A DNA stretch of 64,000 nucleotides, taken from NCBI GenBank assembly GCA_964545475.1, contig CAZJGG010000003.1, positions 757 to 64,756 of the forward strand, written 5' to 3'. The notes below the pieces were generated by a model. The model did not search any database. It was not told where the DNA came from and was given only the letters and a program-made list of their open reading frames with translations. The DNA comes from an uncultured Eubacteriales bacterium (lineage in GTDB: Bacteria; Bacillota; Clostridia; Lachnospirales; JAISER01). Shown in pieces: positions 37,085 through 46,898 of this stretch; positions within the stretch are counted from its first letter, which is position 1, and the number at the start of each line of letters is the position of its first letter. The position numbers and the translations under genes are program-made.

Positions 37085-38281
37085 TTACTTATTACATTCC
37101 ACGCACTCTTTTATAATGTTAATTGCGTGGTCAATGTCGGCGTAAGTAAGGGCATCGGATATTTGAAGCCTTATTCTTGCTTCACCCTCTTTCACAACAG
37201 GGAAACCGAAGCCGATTGCATAAATTCCTTTTTTAAGCATACTTTCTGATATTTTTATAGCTTTTGCTGTGTCGTGCACAATTATTGGAATAATTGCACT
37301 GTCACCCTCAAGAGGGTTAAGCCCAGCTTTTTTAATATTTTCTCTTGCATATTTAGTTTTTTCTTTTAATGATTCTACTATTTGCGGATTTTTCTCTAAA
37401 TATTCAATAGAAGCCATAGCTATTGCGCATAAAACCGGAGGTAAAGCGTTTGAAAATAAGTGAGGCCTTGATTTTTGCACAAGCATTTCACAAACGGATT
37501 TTTTAGCTGCAATAAAACCGCCGCCTGCGCCGCCTAAGGCTTTACCGAAAGTACCGGAAATAATGTCTACACCTTCTGTAACTCCGTGGTATTCCATTGT
37601 TCCTCTGCCGGTTTTGCCGATAACACCTGTAGCGTGGGATTCGTCAACCATTAATATTGCATTATACTTTTTACATAATTCAATAATTTGGGGAAGGGGT
37701 GCTATGTCTCCTTCCATAGAGAAAACCCCGTCTGTTACAACAAGAACAGTTCCCATATCCTTAGTTTGCTGAAGCTTTTCTTCTAAAGAAGCCATATCAG
37801 CATGTTTGTAAACAAGCTTTTCAACGCCTTTTAAAACCATTCTGCACCCATCAATAATGCTTGCATGATTTAATTCGTCGGAAATAACAGCATCTCCGCT
37901 GGAAAGAAGAGCTCCAATGCTGCCTGTGTTTGCGGCAAAGCAAGAAGAGTAGGTCAAAGAAGCTTCCATGCCTAAAAACTGGGCAACTTTATTTTCAAGC
38001 TGGCGGTGAATATCAAATGTGCCGCAAATAAACCGTACGCTTGAAGCTCCAGAGCCATATTTCTGCAAAGCGCTAATTCCGGCTTCAATTATTTCCTTTT
38101 TATCCGCAAGCCCAATGTAATTATTAGAGCACATTATAATTTCTTCGCCAAAACCTTCAACATTTGCGCTTCTGGACATAGCTCCCGTAACATGTTTCAA
38201 GGTTTTGTATGTTTTCAGCTCTTTTAAATTATCAATATCTTTTTGAAGCTGCTCATAAAAATTTTTTCTCATAAAACTCAA
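37085..38281 (-). CDS. kbl: Glycine C-acetyltransferase (2-amino-3-ketobutyrate CoA ligase)
   Basis: SNNYIGLADKKE, VDESHATGVIGKTGRGT, GTFGKALGGAGGG; adjacent to tdh. Confidence 0.92.
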   Translation of the reverse strand: MSFMRKNFYEQLQKDIDNLKELKTYKTLKHVTGAMSRSANVEGFGEEIIMCSNNYIGLADKKEIIEAGISALQKYGSGASSVRFICGTFDIHRQLENKVAQFLGMEASLTYSSCFAANTGSIGALLSSGDAVISDELNHASIIDGCRMVLKGVEKLVYKHADMASLEEKLQQTKDMGTVLVVTDGVFSMEGDIAPLPQIIELCKKYNAILMVDESHATGVIGKTGRGTMEYHGVTEGVDIISGTFGKALGGAGGGFIAAKKSVCEMLVQKSRPHLFSNALPPVLCAIAMASIEYLEKNPQIVESLKEKTKYARENIKKAGLNPLEGDSAIIPIIVHDTAKAIKISESMLKKGIYAIGFGFPVVKEGEARIRLQISDALTYADIDHAINIIKECVECNK

Positions 38282-38287
38282 TCCTTT

Positions 38288-39322
38288 TTACCAGTTTAAT
38301 ATAACTTTGCCAGAATTTCCGCTTGCCATAATTTCAAATGCTTCTTCATAATCATCAACGCTGTATTCATGGGTTATTATTGGCGTAATGTCAAGACCGG
38401 ACTGCAGCATAGTTGTCATTTTATACCATGTTTCATACATTTCACGTCCGTAAATGCCTTTAATTGTTAAGCAGTTAAATACAATTTTGTTCCAGTCTAC
38501 AACGGTTTCCGGTGCTTGTATTCCTAAAACGGCAATTTTACCGCCGTGGCACATGTTGTCTATCATGTCGTTAAAGGCGTATTTGTTGCCGGACATTTCA
38601 AGACCAACATCAAAACCCTCTTTCATGTTAAGCTGTTTCCGAATTTCAGAAAGAGATGTTTCTTTTGTGTTTACTACGTGTTTTATGCCCATTTTCTTTG
38701 CAAGTTCCAGCCTGTAAGGGTTAATATCTGTAATAACCACATGTCTTGCGCCGGCGTGTTTAACAACCGCTCCAGCCATAATACCAATTGGACCTGCACC
38801 TGTAATTAAAACATCTTCGCCAAGAACGTCAAAAGAAAGAGCAGTGTGTACTGCATTACCAAACGGGTCAAATAAACTGAAAAGTCTGTCATCCAAAGTT
38901 TCATCGCAAAGCCAAACGTTTGAAATATTTATTGCTAAATATTCAGCAAAGGCCCCGTTGCGGTTAACCCCAACGCCGCTTGTGTTAGGGCAAAGATGGC
39001 GTCTCCCGGCAAGGCAGTTGCGGCAAGTTCCGCAAACCAAATGCCCTTCGCCGGATACTAAATCACCTTTTTTAACGCTGTGAACATTACTTCCAACTTC
39101 ATAAACTTCACCAACAAATTCGTGACCAATAGTCATAGGAACAGGAATTGTTTTTTGTGCCCAATCATTCCATTCATAAATATGAACATCAGTTCCGCAT
39201 ATTGAGGTTCTTTTAATTTTAATAAGAACTTCATTTATTCCGATAGTAGGTATTTCAGTTTCGTCCATCCAAATACCTTTTTTGGGATATTTTTTAATTA
39301 AAGCTTTCATTTTTCCATTCAT
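38288..39322 (-). CDS. tdh: L-threonine 3-dehydrogenase
   Basis: [33 protein letters not shown]. Confidence 0.95.
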   Translation of the reverse strand: MNGKMKALIKKYPKKGIWMDETEIPTIGINEVLIKIKRTSICGTDVHIYEWNDWAQKTIPVPMTIGHEFVGEVYEVGSNVHSVKKGDLVSGEGHLVCGTCRNCLAGRRHLCPNTSGVGVNRNGAFAEYLAINISNVWLCDETLDDRLFSLFDPFGNAVHTALSFDVLGEDVLITGAGPIGIMAGAVVKHAGARHVVITDINPYRLELAKKMGIKHVVNTKETSLSEIRKQLNMKEGFDVGLEMSGNKYAFNDMIDNMCHGGKIAVLGIQAPETVVDWNKIVFNCLTIKGIYGREMYETWYKMTTMLQSGLDITPIITHEYSVDDYEEAFEIMASGNSGKVILNW

Positions 39323-39331
39323 TTTATCACC

Positions 39332-40561
39332 TTAGAAATTAATATTTATTTGTTTACCTTCTTTTCTGTATGAAGCATATTCAGAAATTGCAGTAAACAA
39401 TACGTCTGTTGAGGAATTAAGCGCTGTTTCGCAAGAGTCTTGAACAACACCAATAATAAAGCCTACACCTACAACCTGCATTGCAATGTCATTGGAGATA
39501 CCGAATAAGCTGCAAGCTAAAGGTATTAAAAGAAGAGAGCCGCCGGCAACCCCGGAAGCACCGCAAGCGCTTACTGCGGATAAAACGCTCAATATAATAG
39601 CAGTTGGAATATCCACTGAAATGCCTAGAGTGTTTACAGCTGCAAGAGTAAGTACTGAAATTGTAACAGCAGCGCCTGTCATGTTAACAGTTGCGCCTAA
39701 AGGTATAGAAACTGAATAAGTGTCTTTGTTAAGCCCTAAATTTGCGCATAAGCTCATGTTTACAGGAATGTTAGCAGCGGAGCTTCTTGTGAAAAATGCT
39801 GTTATGCCACTTTCTTTTAAACATTTAAAAACAAGGGGATATGGGTTTTTTCTTATGTATATGAAAGTAATTAAAGGATTTACAATAAAAGCAACAAAAA
39901 GCATTGTTCCAACTAAAAGCCCGAGAAGTTTTCCATATCCAAGCAAAGCTTCTATTCCGCTTGTTGCGATAGATTCATATACAAGACCCATTATGCCCAA
40001 AGGAGCAAAGCTTATTACTAAACGTACAGTTTGAGACAAAGCTTCTGAAAAATTTTGTATTACAAGTTTAGTAGAGTCTGATGCTTTTCTTAAAGCCATG
40101 CCAAAAAGCACTGCCCAAGAAAGTACGCCTATGTAATTGGCATTATACAAAGCTTTAACAGGGTTGTCTACTATGTTCATTAAAAGTTTTTGTAAAACTT
40201 CGGTAACATTGCCTGGAGGTGTCATATCTGTAACCCCAGCCGCAAGAGTTAAAGAAACAGGGAACATAAAGCTTGCAACAACAGCTATAAAGCCAGCAAT
40301 AAAAGTTCCGAGTAAATAAAGGATTACAATGGATTTCATATTTGTTTGTTTACCGCTAACATGCTGTGAAATCGCAGACATTACAAGGAAAAAAACAAGC
40401 AGTGGAGCAATTGCCTTTAATGCGCCTACAAAAAGTGCCCCGAATATAGTTAAAAAAGAAGCCCCTGGTAAAACCAAAGCCAACACAATACCTACAATTA
40501 GCCCGACGATAATTCGCTTAACGAGACTAATGTTATTCCATGCAGTAAATAAATTGTTCAT
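39332..40561 (-). CDS. sstT: Serine/threonine:sodium symporter SstT
   Basis: DAACS-family topology, [46 protein letters not shown]. Confidence 0.93.
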   Translation of the reverse strand: MNNLFTAWNNISLVKRIIVGLIVGIVLALVLPGASFLTIFGALFVGALKAIAPLLVFFLVMSAISQHVSGKQTNMKSIVILYLLGTFIAGFIAVVASFMFPVSLTLAAGVTDMTPPGNVTEVLQKLLMNIVDNPVKALYNANYIGVLSWAVLFGMALRKASDSTKLVIQNFSEALSQTVRLVISFAPLGIMGLVYESIATSGIEALLGYGKLLGLLVGTMLFVAFIVNPLITFIYIRKNPYPLVFKCLKESGITAFFTRSSAANIPVNMSLCANLGLNKDTYSVSIPLGATVNMTGAAVTISVLTLAAVNTLGISVDIPTAIILSVLSAVSACGASGVAGGSLLLIPLACSLFGISNDIAMQVVGVGFIIGVVQDSCETALNSSTDVLFTAISEYASYRKEGKQININF

Positions 40562-40601
40562 AAATCATACCCTCTCTCTTTTATGTATTATAGTACAATT
40601 T

Positions 40602-40642
40602 CAATTATATATTGACATTGTATGACTGTCAATATATAATTG
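40602..40642. promoter_or_regulatory. Perfectly symmetric bidirectional sigma-A promoter between sstT and the mocR-type gene
   Basis: caattatatattgaca-ttgtatgac-tgtcaatatataattg. Plus strand TTGACA (40612-40617)-17 nt-TATAAT (40635-40640); minus strand TTGACA (40632-40627)-17 nt-TATAAT (40609-40604). Confidence 0.85.
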
Positions 40643-40677
40643 TATGCAATACAATTTAAATATTTAGGTGATTTTTT

Positions 40678-42069
40678 GTGTGGAATGTTAAAACAATTAA
40701 TACAGATATGCCCCTTTATTTGGCAATAACTGATGCAATTGAAAGAGATATTAGAACAGGTGTTTTAAAACCAGGGGAAAAAATGCCAACTCATAGGGAA
40801 TTGGGCAAAATAATAGGAGTAAATGTGTCCACAATTACAAAGGCTTACAAGCAAGCCGAAAAAATAGGGCTGATTACATCTACAGTTGGAAGCGGCACAT
40901 TTGTTTCATCGGATTTAGGTTTAAATTCGTCTTTGCTTAATACTGAAAAAGCAAATGGGGAACTTATAGAAATGGGGCTGACATTGCCGCTTTACTGCGC
41001 CGAACCGGACTTAAAGGATATAATCTTAAAGGTTGTAAACCAGTCCAATGTAAATATGTTTATGCGGTATATTTCCCCCAACGGTTTGCAGCAGCACAGG
41101 GAAATTGGTGCGGAGTGGGTGAGGCAATACGGTATTACTGCAGGAGCTGAAAATATTATTATAACAGCAGGGGCGCAACATGCAATTTTGTGCATATTGT
41201 CTTCTCTTTTTAATCAAGGAGATAAAATAGCAGTAGACTGCTTAACATACCCGGGGGTTAAAACTGCTGCAAAAAGGCTCGGCTTAAGGCTGGCTGGCAT
41301 AGCTATCGACGATGAAGGGATGATTCCACAAAGCCTTGAATCCGCTTGCAAAAACAATGAAATAAAAGGGATTTATACAGTTTCTGATATGCAGAACCCT
41401 ACAAACGCTAAAATGTCTGAAAGCAGGTTAAGGGAAATTGCTGAAATTATTGAAAGATATGATTTAATTTTGATTGAGGATGACTTATATCGTTTTCTTT
41501 CAGACAATCCGGCTAACACATTGACTTCCCTTATTCCAGATAGAAGCATATATATTGGGGGATTGTCAAAAGCATTTTATACTGGGCTTAGAATTTCTTT
41601 TGTGGTTTCTCCTAAGCAATACTACAGCAGAATTTCTCAAGCGGTTGTAGACACAATATGGATGGCATCACAGCTTAATGCGGAAATAGTTTGTAAATGT
41701 ATTGAAACAGGTATCGCCAACAAAATTATAAGATTAAAAAGGCAAGAACTAAAAAAAAGGGCGGAGTTGTTTTGTGAAAAAATGGTTGACTTCACATATT
41801 CATATAGCCCTTACAGCATGTTTGTATGGCTAACGCTTCCTAAGGACTGGAGTAGTTACGAATTTGAGAAAACTGCAAATTCTAACGGTATTAACATAGT
41901 TACAGCTAATAAATTTGTTGTAGGAAATATTATGCCGCCAAACTGCATTCGTGTTTCGCTTTCAGGAACGGAGAGTTTAGCAGAATTTGAAAAAGGTCTT
42001 AATATTTTAAAAAATGTTTTAAACCGTGAATTTAGAGATATTGAAAATATTACTAATTATGTTTTATAA
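40678..42069 (+). CDS. MocR-type (GntR HTH + aminotransferase fold) PLP-dependent regulator
   Basis: IERDIRTGVLKPGEKMPTHRELGKIIGVNVSTITKAYKQAEKIG winged HTH plus aminotransferase domain; GTG start. Confidence 0.92.
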   Translation: MWNVKTINTDMPLYLAITDAIERDIRTGVLKPGEKMPTHRELGKIIGVNVSTITKAYKQAEKIGLITSTVGSGTFVSSDLGLNSSLLNTEKANGELIEMGLTLPLYCAEPDLKDIILKVVNQSNVNMFMRYISPNGLQQHREIGAEWVRQYGITAGAENIIITAGAQHAILCILSSLFNQGDKIAVDCLTYPGVKTAAKRLGLRLAGIAIDDEGMIPQSLESACKNNEIKGIYTVSDMQNPTNAKMSESRLREIAEIIERYDLILIEDDLYRFLSDNPANTLTSLIPDRSIYIGGLSKAFYTGLRISFVVSPKQYYSRISQAVVDTIWMASQLNAEIVCKCIETGIANKIIRLKRQELKKRAELFCEKMVDFTYSYSPYSMFVWLTLPKDWSSYEFEKTANSNGINIVTANKFVVGNIMPPNCIRVSLSGTESLAEFEKGLNILKNVLNREFRDIENITNYVL

Positions 42070-42104
42070 AAAAACTCATCCCCCAATAAGAGGGATGAGT
42101 TTTT
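42068..42104. terminator. Bidirectional terminator aaaaactcatccc...gggatgagttttt
   Basis: Inverted repeat with A/T flanks between convergent genes. Confidence 0.85.
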
Positions 42105-42106
42105 TA

Positions 42107-44632
42107 TTAGTTTGTTACATTAATTGTTACGCTAATAGTACCTTTATTGTAATTGGAATCAGTACCTCTGTAAGTTGAAGTATAAGCGCCAGTTGTAGTA
42201 GTTGAAGATACTGAACCGTAGATTCTACCGTTAATATAGTCAAAAGCTACATTTGAAGGAAGTTCGCCGCCAATTTTTTCCCAATAAACTTTAGAGCTTG
42301 TGTTAGCTGATAAGTTAATTGTAGAAATTGTACTTCCGCTTCTTACAGTTTGAGGGTTATTGGAAGCGTAAACTGATAAGCTTCCGGAACTATCATTTGA
42401 ATAACCACTCCAGCTGAAAGATTTTCCAGCAGCAACATATCCGTCATTGTTTACATAAAGATTATAGCTTTTATTGCTTGTTAAATCAAAGTTTAACGTT
42501 AATTCATAACAACCTTTTGAGCTGTTGTAATAAGTGCTTGAAACGGTGTTGTTATTATAATTTTTATAGTAAGAAGAACCGTAATAACCGTTATTATAAT
42601 AACCATTATTATAATAATATCTGCCGTAGTTGTCATAATAAGCATACTGTATTAAAGTACCGTCAAGCTCGTTATACTTTATGCCATCATAATAACCGTA
42701 TCTGCCGTAAATATAGTTGCCGTATCTATCGTAGATACCATCGTTGCAGTAACTAAATTTGTTATATCTGTCGTAATAACCGAAATAGCCGTCTCTGTAA
42801 GTTAAGAGGTTGCCATATTTGTCATAATAACCATCTTTAATTGTAACTATGCGACCATCTCTTGAATAGTAGCCGTCTCTGTAGAAGTATACGTAATTAC
42901 CGTATTCGTCAAGGTAATTGTATTTTCCGCCATAATAACCGGGCGGGTAATAATTGTAATCATAATCGTAATAATTATAATAGTATCCGCTTGAAAGTGA
43001 AGTATCGGATACCCAGAATGACAAACCACTGTGATAAGGCATATAAACTTCAAGAGTACGAGAACCCGTTGTAGTTATGCTTGATACGCTTATTCCCCAT
43101 GGGTTGTAGTAGGTGATGCCGCCGTAGTAGCCGCCATAATACCCACCGTTATAATAAGGATCATAATATGGGTCATAATCAAGGTATCTTCCGTATACTT
43201 TTCGACCATAAGAGTCATAATAATATACACCGTTACTATCTTGGTAATATGAAATTCTTGAATTAGAACCTGCACCTAAAACGTAAGGACCAACAGATGT
43301 TGATTGACCAACGCTGAAGTTACCAAGACCGTTGCCGGAAGTATAACCGTCTCTGCCGCCGGAAACTGATGCGGAGAAAATAGTAGTACCGGTAACGTTG
43401 CTGTCAATTGAAAGCTTTGCATCTTTAACATTAAACGCAACGCTGTTTGCGCTTATTTTAGAGGAAGAAATAGCTCCTGTACCGGAAATAACAGAATTCT
43501 GACCTCTAACGTTAAGAGTATTAATTGAGCCATAAACGTTAACTGTCGTGTTTGGTGCTGTGTTTAAAACGTTAAATTCTTGAACGTTTGAATTAGATTC
43601 AATAGTTACTTTTGAATTAGATTCAGAAACACTGATTCTGTTTGCTTTGCCGTTTTTAACAGCAACAGAAACATCAGATTTAACATCAATATTGCTGAAA
43701 TTGCCATCTAAAGTAACAAGCTTATTTCCGCTTTTAACAAGTGTATTGTTTACAACGGAATTAATGTCTGCACTTACTTTAACAGAATTTTCTTTGTTTT
43801 GTACAACTACAGAGTTAACCTGAGAAGAAACAAGGTTAACAGAATCCGGACCGCCGCCACGGATTACAAGTTTACCAGTAATTTTTACATTTTTAATTGT
43901 TACGCTTCCTTCAGCTACGCCTTCGGAAATAATAACGTCGCCGTTAACAGTCATGCCTGACAATGTTGAATAAGGAGAATTAACAATTACCGTACCTTTT
44001 ACATCTGTGTTAAGCGATTGTGTCTTTACGATTTCTTTAACAATAGTGTCAATAATTTTAATTGTTTCTGCTCGGGATATTGTTTCACGTGGCATAAAAG
44101 TTCCGTTAGGATAACCTTTTATGTATCCCTTGCTTTGGAATGTTGCAACAAAAGCTTTTGCATAGTTTGCAATTTCGTAATCGTCAGTAAAAGTTGAATT
44201 ATTTACAGACTGTTCAACATCAAACGCTTTGCCTAAAAGAGTAATCATATCTTGACGATTAATATATTCATTTGGTAACATGTTGTTGCCGCTGTCCGTC
44301 AAAACATCTGCTTGATAAACTCTTAAAAGTGAATCTTTGTAAGGACTGTATTCCAAATCGTTAAAAGATTTGGTGGCTTTAACTTTATAATTCATAATTT
44401 TGTCAAGCCAGAAAGCAATTTCCCCACGGGTAATAGCATCATCCGGTCTAAAATTAGAACCCGATTCAGAAATTACGCCATAATCAGTCCACTTTTGTAT
44501 CTCGATACTTGCCCAGTTGTTATCCGTGTCGGAATAAACAGATGCATTTGCCGGCACAAACCTATTGCCATAAGGCACAAATGTAATTGAAAGGACAAAT
44601 ACAAGTACAAATGCTACAAATTTCTTTTGCAT
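42107..44632 (-). CDS. S-layer homology (SLH) domain protein with Tyr/Gly-rich low-complexity region and C-terminal Ig-like domain
   Basis: Signal peptide; SLH motifs (DNNWASIEIQKWTDYGVISESGSNFRPDDAITRGEIAFWLDK, GYIKGYPNGTFMPRETISRAE); YYDPYYNGGYYGGYYGG-type repeats. Confidence 0.9.
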   Translation of the reverse strand: MQKKFVAFVLVFVLSITFVPYGNRFVPANASVYSDTDNNWASIEIQKWTDYGVISESGSNFRPDDAITRGEIAFWLDKIMNYKVKATKSFNDLEYSPYKDSLLRVYQADVLTDSGNNMLPNEYINRQDMITLLGKAFDVEQSVNNSTFTDDYEIANYAKAFVATFQSKGYIKGYPNGTFMPRETISRAETIKIIDTIVKEIVKTQSLNTDVKGTVIVNSPYSTLSGMTVNGDVIISEGVAEGSVTIKNVKITGKLVIRGGGPDSVNLVSSQVNSVVVQNKENSVKVSADINSVVNNTLVKSGNKLVTLDGNFSNIDVKSDVSVAVKNGKANRISVSESNSKVTIESNSNVQEFNVLNTAPNTTVNVYGSINTLNVRGQNSVISGTGAISSSKISANSVAFNVKDAKLSIDSNVTGTTIFSASVSGGRDGYTSGNGLGNFSVGQSTSVGPYVLGAGSNSRISYYQDSNGVYYYDSYGRKVYGRYLDYDPYYDPYYNGGYYGGYYGGITYYNPWGISVSSITTTGSRTLEVYMPYHSGLSFWVSDTSLSSGYYYNYYDYDYNYYPPGYYGGKYNYLDEYGNYVYFYRDGYYSRDGRIVTIKDGYYDKYGNLLTYRDGYFGYYDRYNKFSYCNDGIYDRYGNYIYGRYGYYDGIKYNELDGTLIQYAYYDNYGRYYYNNGYYNNGYYGSSYYKNYNNNTVSSTYYNSSKGCYELTLNFDLTSNKSYNLYVNNDGYVAAGKSFSWSGYSNDSSGSLSVYASNNPQTVRSGSTISTINLSANTSSKVYWEKIGGELPSNVAFDYINGRIYGSVSSTTTTGAYTSTYRGTDSNYNKGTISVTINVTN

Positions 44633-44732
44633 TATAAACTACCTCCCTTAATGAACATTAAATATTAAATAAAGTTCGTTCATTGATAACATTATACAAC
44701 AATATACGAAAAAAATAAAGAGTAAGTTTTTA

Positions 44733-45596
44733 CTATTTGTTTAAATTTTTGTTTTTTCTTCGTAAAAATAACAAAATACCAAAAATTACCAGTATAAAAG
44801 ATAAAATTTGAGATATAGCTATGTTTGTACCCCAAAGATAAAGCTGGTCGGTTCTAAGCCCTTCAATAAAAAACCTGCCAAGCCCGTATCCTGCTAAATA
44901 AAGGCAGAAAATTGAGCCGTCTGTTTTTTTGCGTATTTTATATATATTCATTAAAGCAAACACAAATGCGCACCATAGAGATTCATACAAAAATGTTGGA
45001 TGAACCTGAATATACGGCGATTCGTTTACATATATAATATGCTCCTTAAGTATGTTAGGTACATATAAAAATGGGTCTATTTTAAGCTGCATCGCAAAAA
45101 GGCTATCTGTAAAACCACCGAAAGCTTCCCTATTAAAAAAATTACCCCACCTCCCAATGGCTTGACCTAAAATTAGACCAGGGGCTGTCGTGTCCGCAAA
45201 AAGCCAGAAGTTTAGTTTGTGTTTTTTGGTATACCAAATTGCCGTTAAAACAGCGAATATTACGCCGCCGTAAATTGCAAGCCCACCCTCTCTTGTAGCG
45301 AAAATTTTAATCAAATTGTCTTTATATTCGTCCCAGGTAAAAATAACATAATATAGCCTAGCCCCTATGACGCTTGTAATAATTACATAATATAAAAAGT
45401 TTGTGTAAATATCCGGGTCTTGCCCGGTTCTTTTCGCTTCGTGTATGGCGTAATATGTACCGGCTAATATGCCTGAACATATTATTAGCCCGTAAAAATA
45501 AATATCCAGCCCAAAAACTGAAAATGCTACTCTTGATAAATTATTAATTTCAATACCCATATTTGGAAAAATTACGTCAGGCATATTTTCCTCCAA
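44733..45596 (-). CDS. lgt: Prolipoprotein diacylglyceryl transferase
   Basis: GLILGQAIGRWGNFFNREAFGG, HPTFLYESLWC. Confidence 0.96.
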   Translation of the reverse strand: MEENMPDVIFPNMGIEINNLSRVAFSVFGLDIYFYGLIICSGILAGTYYAIHEAKRTGQDPDIYTNFLYYVIITSVIGARLYYVIFTWDEYKDNLIKIFATREGGLAIYGGVIFAVLTAIWYTKKHKLNFWLFADTTAPGLILGQAIGRWGNFFNREAFGGFTDSLFAMQLKIDPFLYVPNILKEHIIYVNESPYIQVHPTFLYESLWCAFVFALMNIYKIRKKTDGSIFCLYLAGYGLGRFFIEGLRTDQLYLWGTNIAISQILSFILVIFGILLFLRRKNKNLNK

Positions 45597-45601
45597 GATT
45601 A

Positions 45602-46879
45602 TTATTGTTTTACTGTGCTTACAGGGCGCATGATTGACAAACTGTAATTATCGTCTTTAAAGAGCTTTTCAAGCTTTTTCTGCGTTTCTTCTAAGCTGCA
45701 TTTTTTCAAAGCCTCTAAAAAATCAAATAAATGCAAAGATTTATTGAAAAGGCTTGTCTGCCCCATAGCAATTGCGTCAATATCGTTAAAGCTTCTGTAA
45801 AAACGCCCTAAATGCTTGTTTTTAATTTGCTCGAAGCGTTCTTGGCATATTCCGTCTTTTTTAACCTTATTTATTTCTTCTATAATAAGCTCCGTTGTTT
45901 TTTCGGGGTTTTCGCATGTGCCGGAAAAAACTGCTGTTCCAAAAAAGCTTTCGGCGCTGTATTCAAGAGAAACAGGCCCGTCTATATGCCCTTTTTCATA
46001 AAGAGTGTTAAAAAAGTTAGAGCTTAGCCCTGCCAAAACGTCCATTAAAATCTTTGTGCCAACCATGCGGTTTTCAATGCTTTCACATAGGTTTGTCTCT
46101 TTAAACCCTAAAGAAAACATAGGGCGAGACAATTCCATCTCCGCTTCTGTTTTGCTTTTTAAAATTCCGTTAGGTTCTTCGCCGTAAAGACTTTTAATTT
46201 CTCGTTTTTCCAGTTTTTTAATTTTTTTCTCAGCCATTTCATAAATTTTGTTTTCATCAAAATCCCCAACACATATTAAAGCACTGTTTTCAGCATAATA
46301 AAATGTATTGAAGCAGTTTTCAAGCATATCTTTTGTAATAGAAGTTATACTTTCAACAGAGCCTGCAATATTATTTCTTACAGGGCAGTTTTTGTAAAGG
46401 GCTTGCATAAGATTAAGCCGCATTTGCCAAAAAGCGTTGTCGTCATACATTCTGATTTCCTGAGCAATTATGCCTTTTTCTTTTTCAACATTTTTTTCTG
46501 TTAGCTTAATTCTTTGGGTAAACTCAAGAAGCAAATCCAAGTTTTCATAAAAATTATCAATACCGCTGAAATAATAAGCGGTATTTAAAATGTTGGTAAA
46601 GGCATTAACATTTGCGCCGTTTTCGGTAAACTTGTTAAAAACGTTAATTTCTTCATCTTCAAAAAGCTTGTGCTCTAAAAAATGAGCTATGCCTTCCGGA
46701 GTTTTTACAGTTTTTCCGTTATACTCGAAAGCTGTGTCGCAAGAGCCATAATTAACGCAAAGAACGGCTTCTTTTTCAGCAAACCGCTCCTTTGGAATTA
46801 TATAACAGGTAAGCCCGTTTGACAACACATTTATTTTAATGGACATTCCAAGGGTTTCGTCATAGTAAGTCTTTTCCAT
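45602..46879 (-). CDS. M16 family peptidase, catalytic-type (YfmH-like)
   Basis: HXXEH zinc motif in GIAHFLEHKLFED. Confidence 0.88.
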   Translation of the reverse strand: MEKTYYDETLGMSIKINVLSNGLTCYIIPKERFAEKEAVLCVNYGSCDTAFEYNGKTVKTPEGIAHFLEHKLFEDEEINVFNKFTENGANVNAFTNILNTAYYFSGIDNFYENLDLLLEFTQRIKLTEKNVEKEKGIIAQEIRMYDDNAFWQMRLNLMQALYKNCPVRNNIAGSVESITSITKDMLENCFNTFYYAENSALICVGDFDENKIYEMAEKKIKKLEKREIKSLYGEEPNGILKSKTEAEMELSRPMFSLGFKETNLCESIENRMVGTKILMDVLAGLSSNFFNTLYEKGHIDGPVSLEYSAESFFGTAVFSGTCENPEKTTELIIEEINKVKKDGICQERFEQIKNKHLGRFYRSFNDIDAIAMGQTSLFNKSLHLFDFLEALKKCSLEETQKKLEKLFKDDNYSLSIMRPVSTVKQ

Positions 46880-46898
46880 AATTATTCACCTAATGCTA

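Noticed and set aside
42478-43275. Plus-strand ORFs (e.g. 92, 70 and 61 aa) over the Tyr-rich SLH gene
   Set aside because: Antisense of the TAT/TAC/GGT-rich low-complexity region.
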